Shown one piece after another: positions 63,391 to 64,000 of a stretch of 64,000 nucleotides of DNA. Source of the stretch: the human T2T-CHM13v2.0 reference genome, Homo sapiens. A program made the translations under genes and the position numbers. Positions within the stretch are counted from its first letter, which is position 1; the number at the start of each line of letters is the position of its first letter. Location: the NCBI GenBank assembly GCA_009914755.4, contig CP068257.2, forward strand, positions 15,104,001 through 15,168,000. The letters are read 5' to 3'. A model generated the notes under the pieces. It did no database searches and was not told where the DNA came from. It saw nothing but the letters and a program-made list of their open reading frames with translations.

Positions 63391-64000
63391 AAGAACATGA
63401 AATTCTAAGGAAAGCTTTATCTGGGTGAACCTGAGTTCTAAAACTCCATTTGCAAAGACCTAACAGAAATATCTTGCCATAATCTTAATATCAACAAAAC
63501 TAAACTCACTAGTCTATTTTTAATTGTCCCTGAAAAACGACATTTTATGTTTCAGTCATCCAGCTCCCTTATTAATACTTTTATTCCTTTTTTACATTGC
63601 TTCATGTACAATCAACAAGCTTTTCCTTTTTTGAGGTCTACATACTGGACTGTTAATACCTGTCATAGAATTTATTTATTGAGCTGAATTTTGCTTCATA
63701 AGCCTACATAACAATGCTATGGCATCATTAATGTTGGAAAACTAAAATTTAAGATAAAATCAATAGAAAATACTAATTGGGATAGTTCATGTTGAAAAAG
63801 GAAAAATTCTGCCTATGAAAAAAATTAAAGAATTGTAAAACTTTTTGAACCTAACAAAGGGGAAATTAACATTTTTACAATTATAATAAAAAATTTAAGC
63901 ATACTTTTCCCCAAAACTAACATAAAATAAACCAAAACCCAGCAAGACAAAGAAAAATTTGCATAACATAAATAATACAGTATTTAAAAGGTAACGTATA

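Overview
This window is human (catarrhine primate) nuclear DNA, not a prokaryotic or viral locus. It contains at least nine Alu SINEs, and the Alu and L1PA families are primate-specific. The sequence is AT-rich and CpG-depleted and has no CpG island. I estimate 45-50% of it is interspersed repeats. The most informative of these are: (1) a 3.4-kb, 5'-truncated L1PA element at 7741-11140, flanked by a perfect 20-bp target-site duplication and retaining long ORF2 reading frames; (2) a 4.4-kb older L1PA-grade element at 32395-36823 that starts at the canonical L1 5' end and carries a ~1.1-kb internal deletion fusing ORF1 in-frame to the middle of ORF2; (3) an older L1PB/L1MA-grade L1 at 12095-14939; (4) ancient L1M-grade fragments at 18.07-18.36 kb and ~56-61 kb, the latter interrupted by a solo MaLR LTR; (5) MaLR-type LTR fragments, MIR SINEs, and several microsatellites, namely (GGAA)n, (TG)n(TA)n, and Alu tails that have become pentanucleotide repeats. 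The second half of the window, 42-64 kb, has no Alu at all and is dominated by ancient L1. I found no convincing protein-coding exon, RNA gene, CRISPR array or operon-like structure. Every ORF over ~100 aa in the six-frame track is explained by L1 ORF1/ORF2 remnants or by translation of Alu, poly(A) or microsatellite sequence. I do not see a previously undescribed biological system here. The findings are transposon-insertion architecture, potentially polymorphic microsatellites, and a few non-repeat, CpG-retaining patches that could be checked for conservation or regulatory activity. Subfamily and family assignments are by eye, so treat them as grade-level only.
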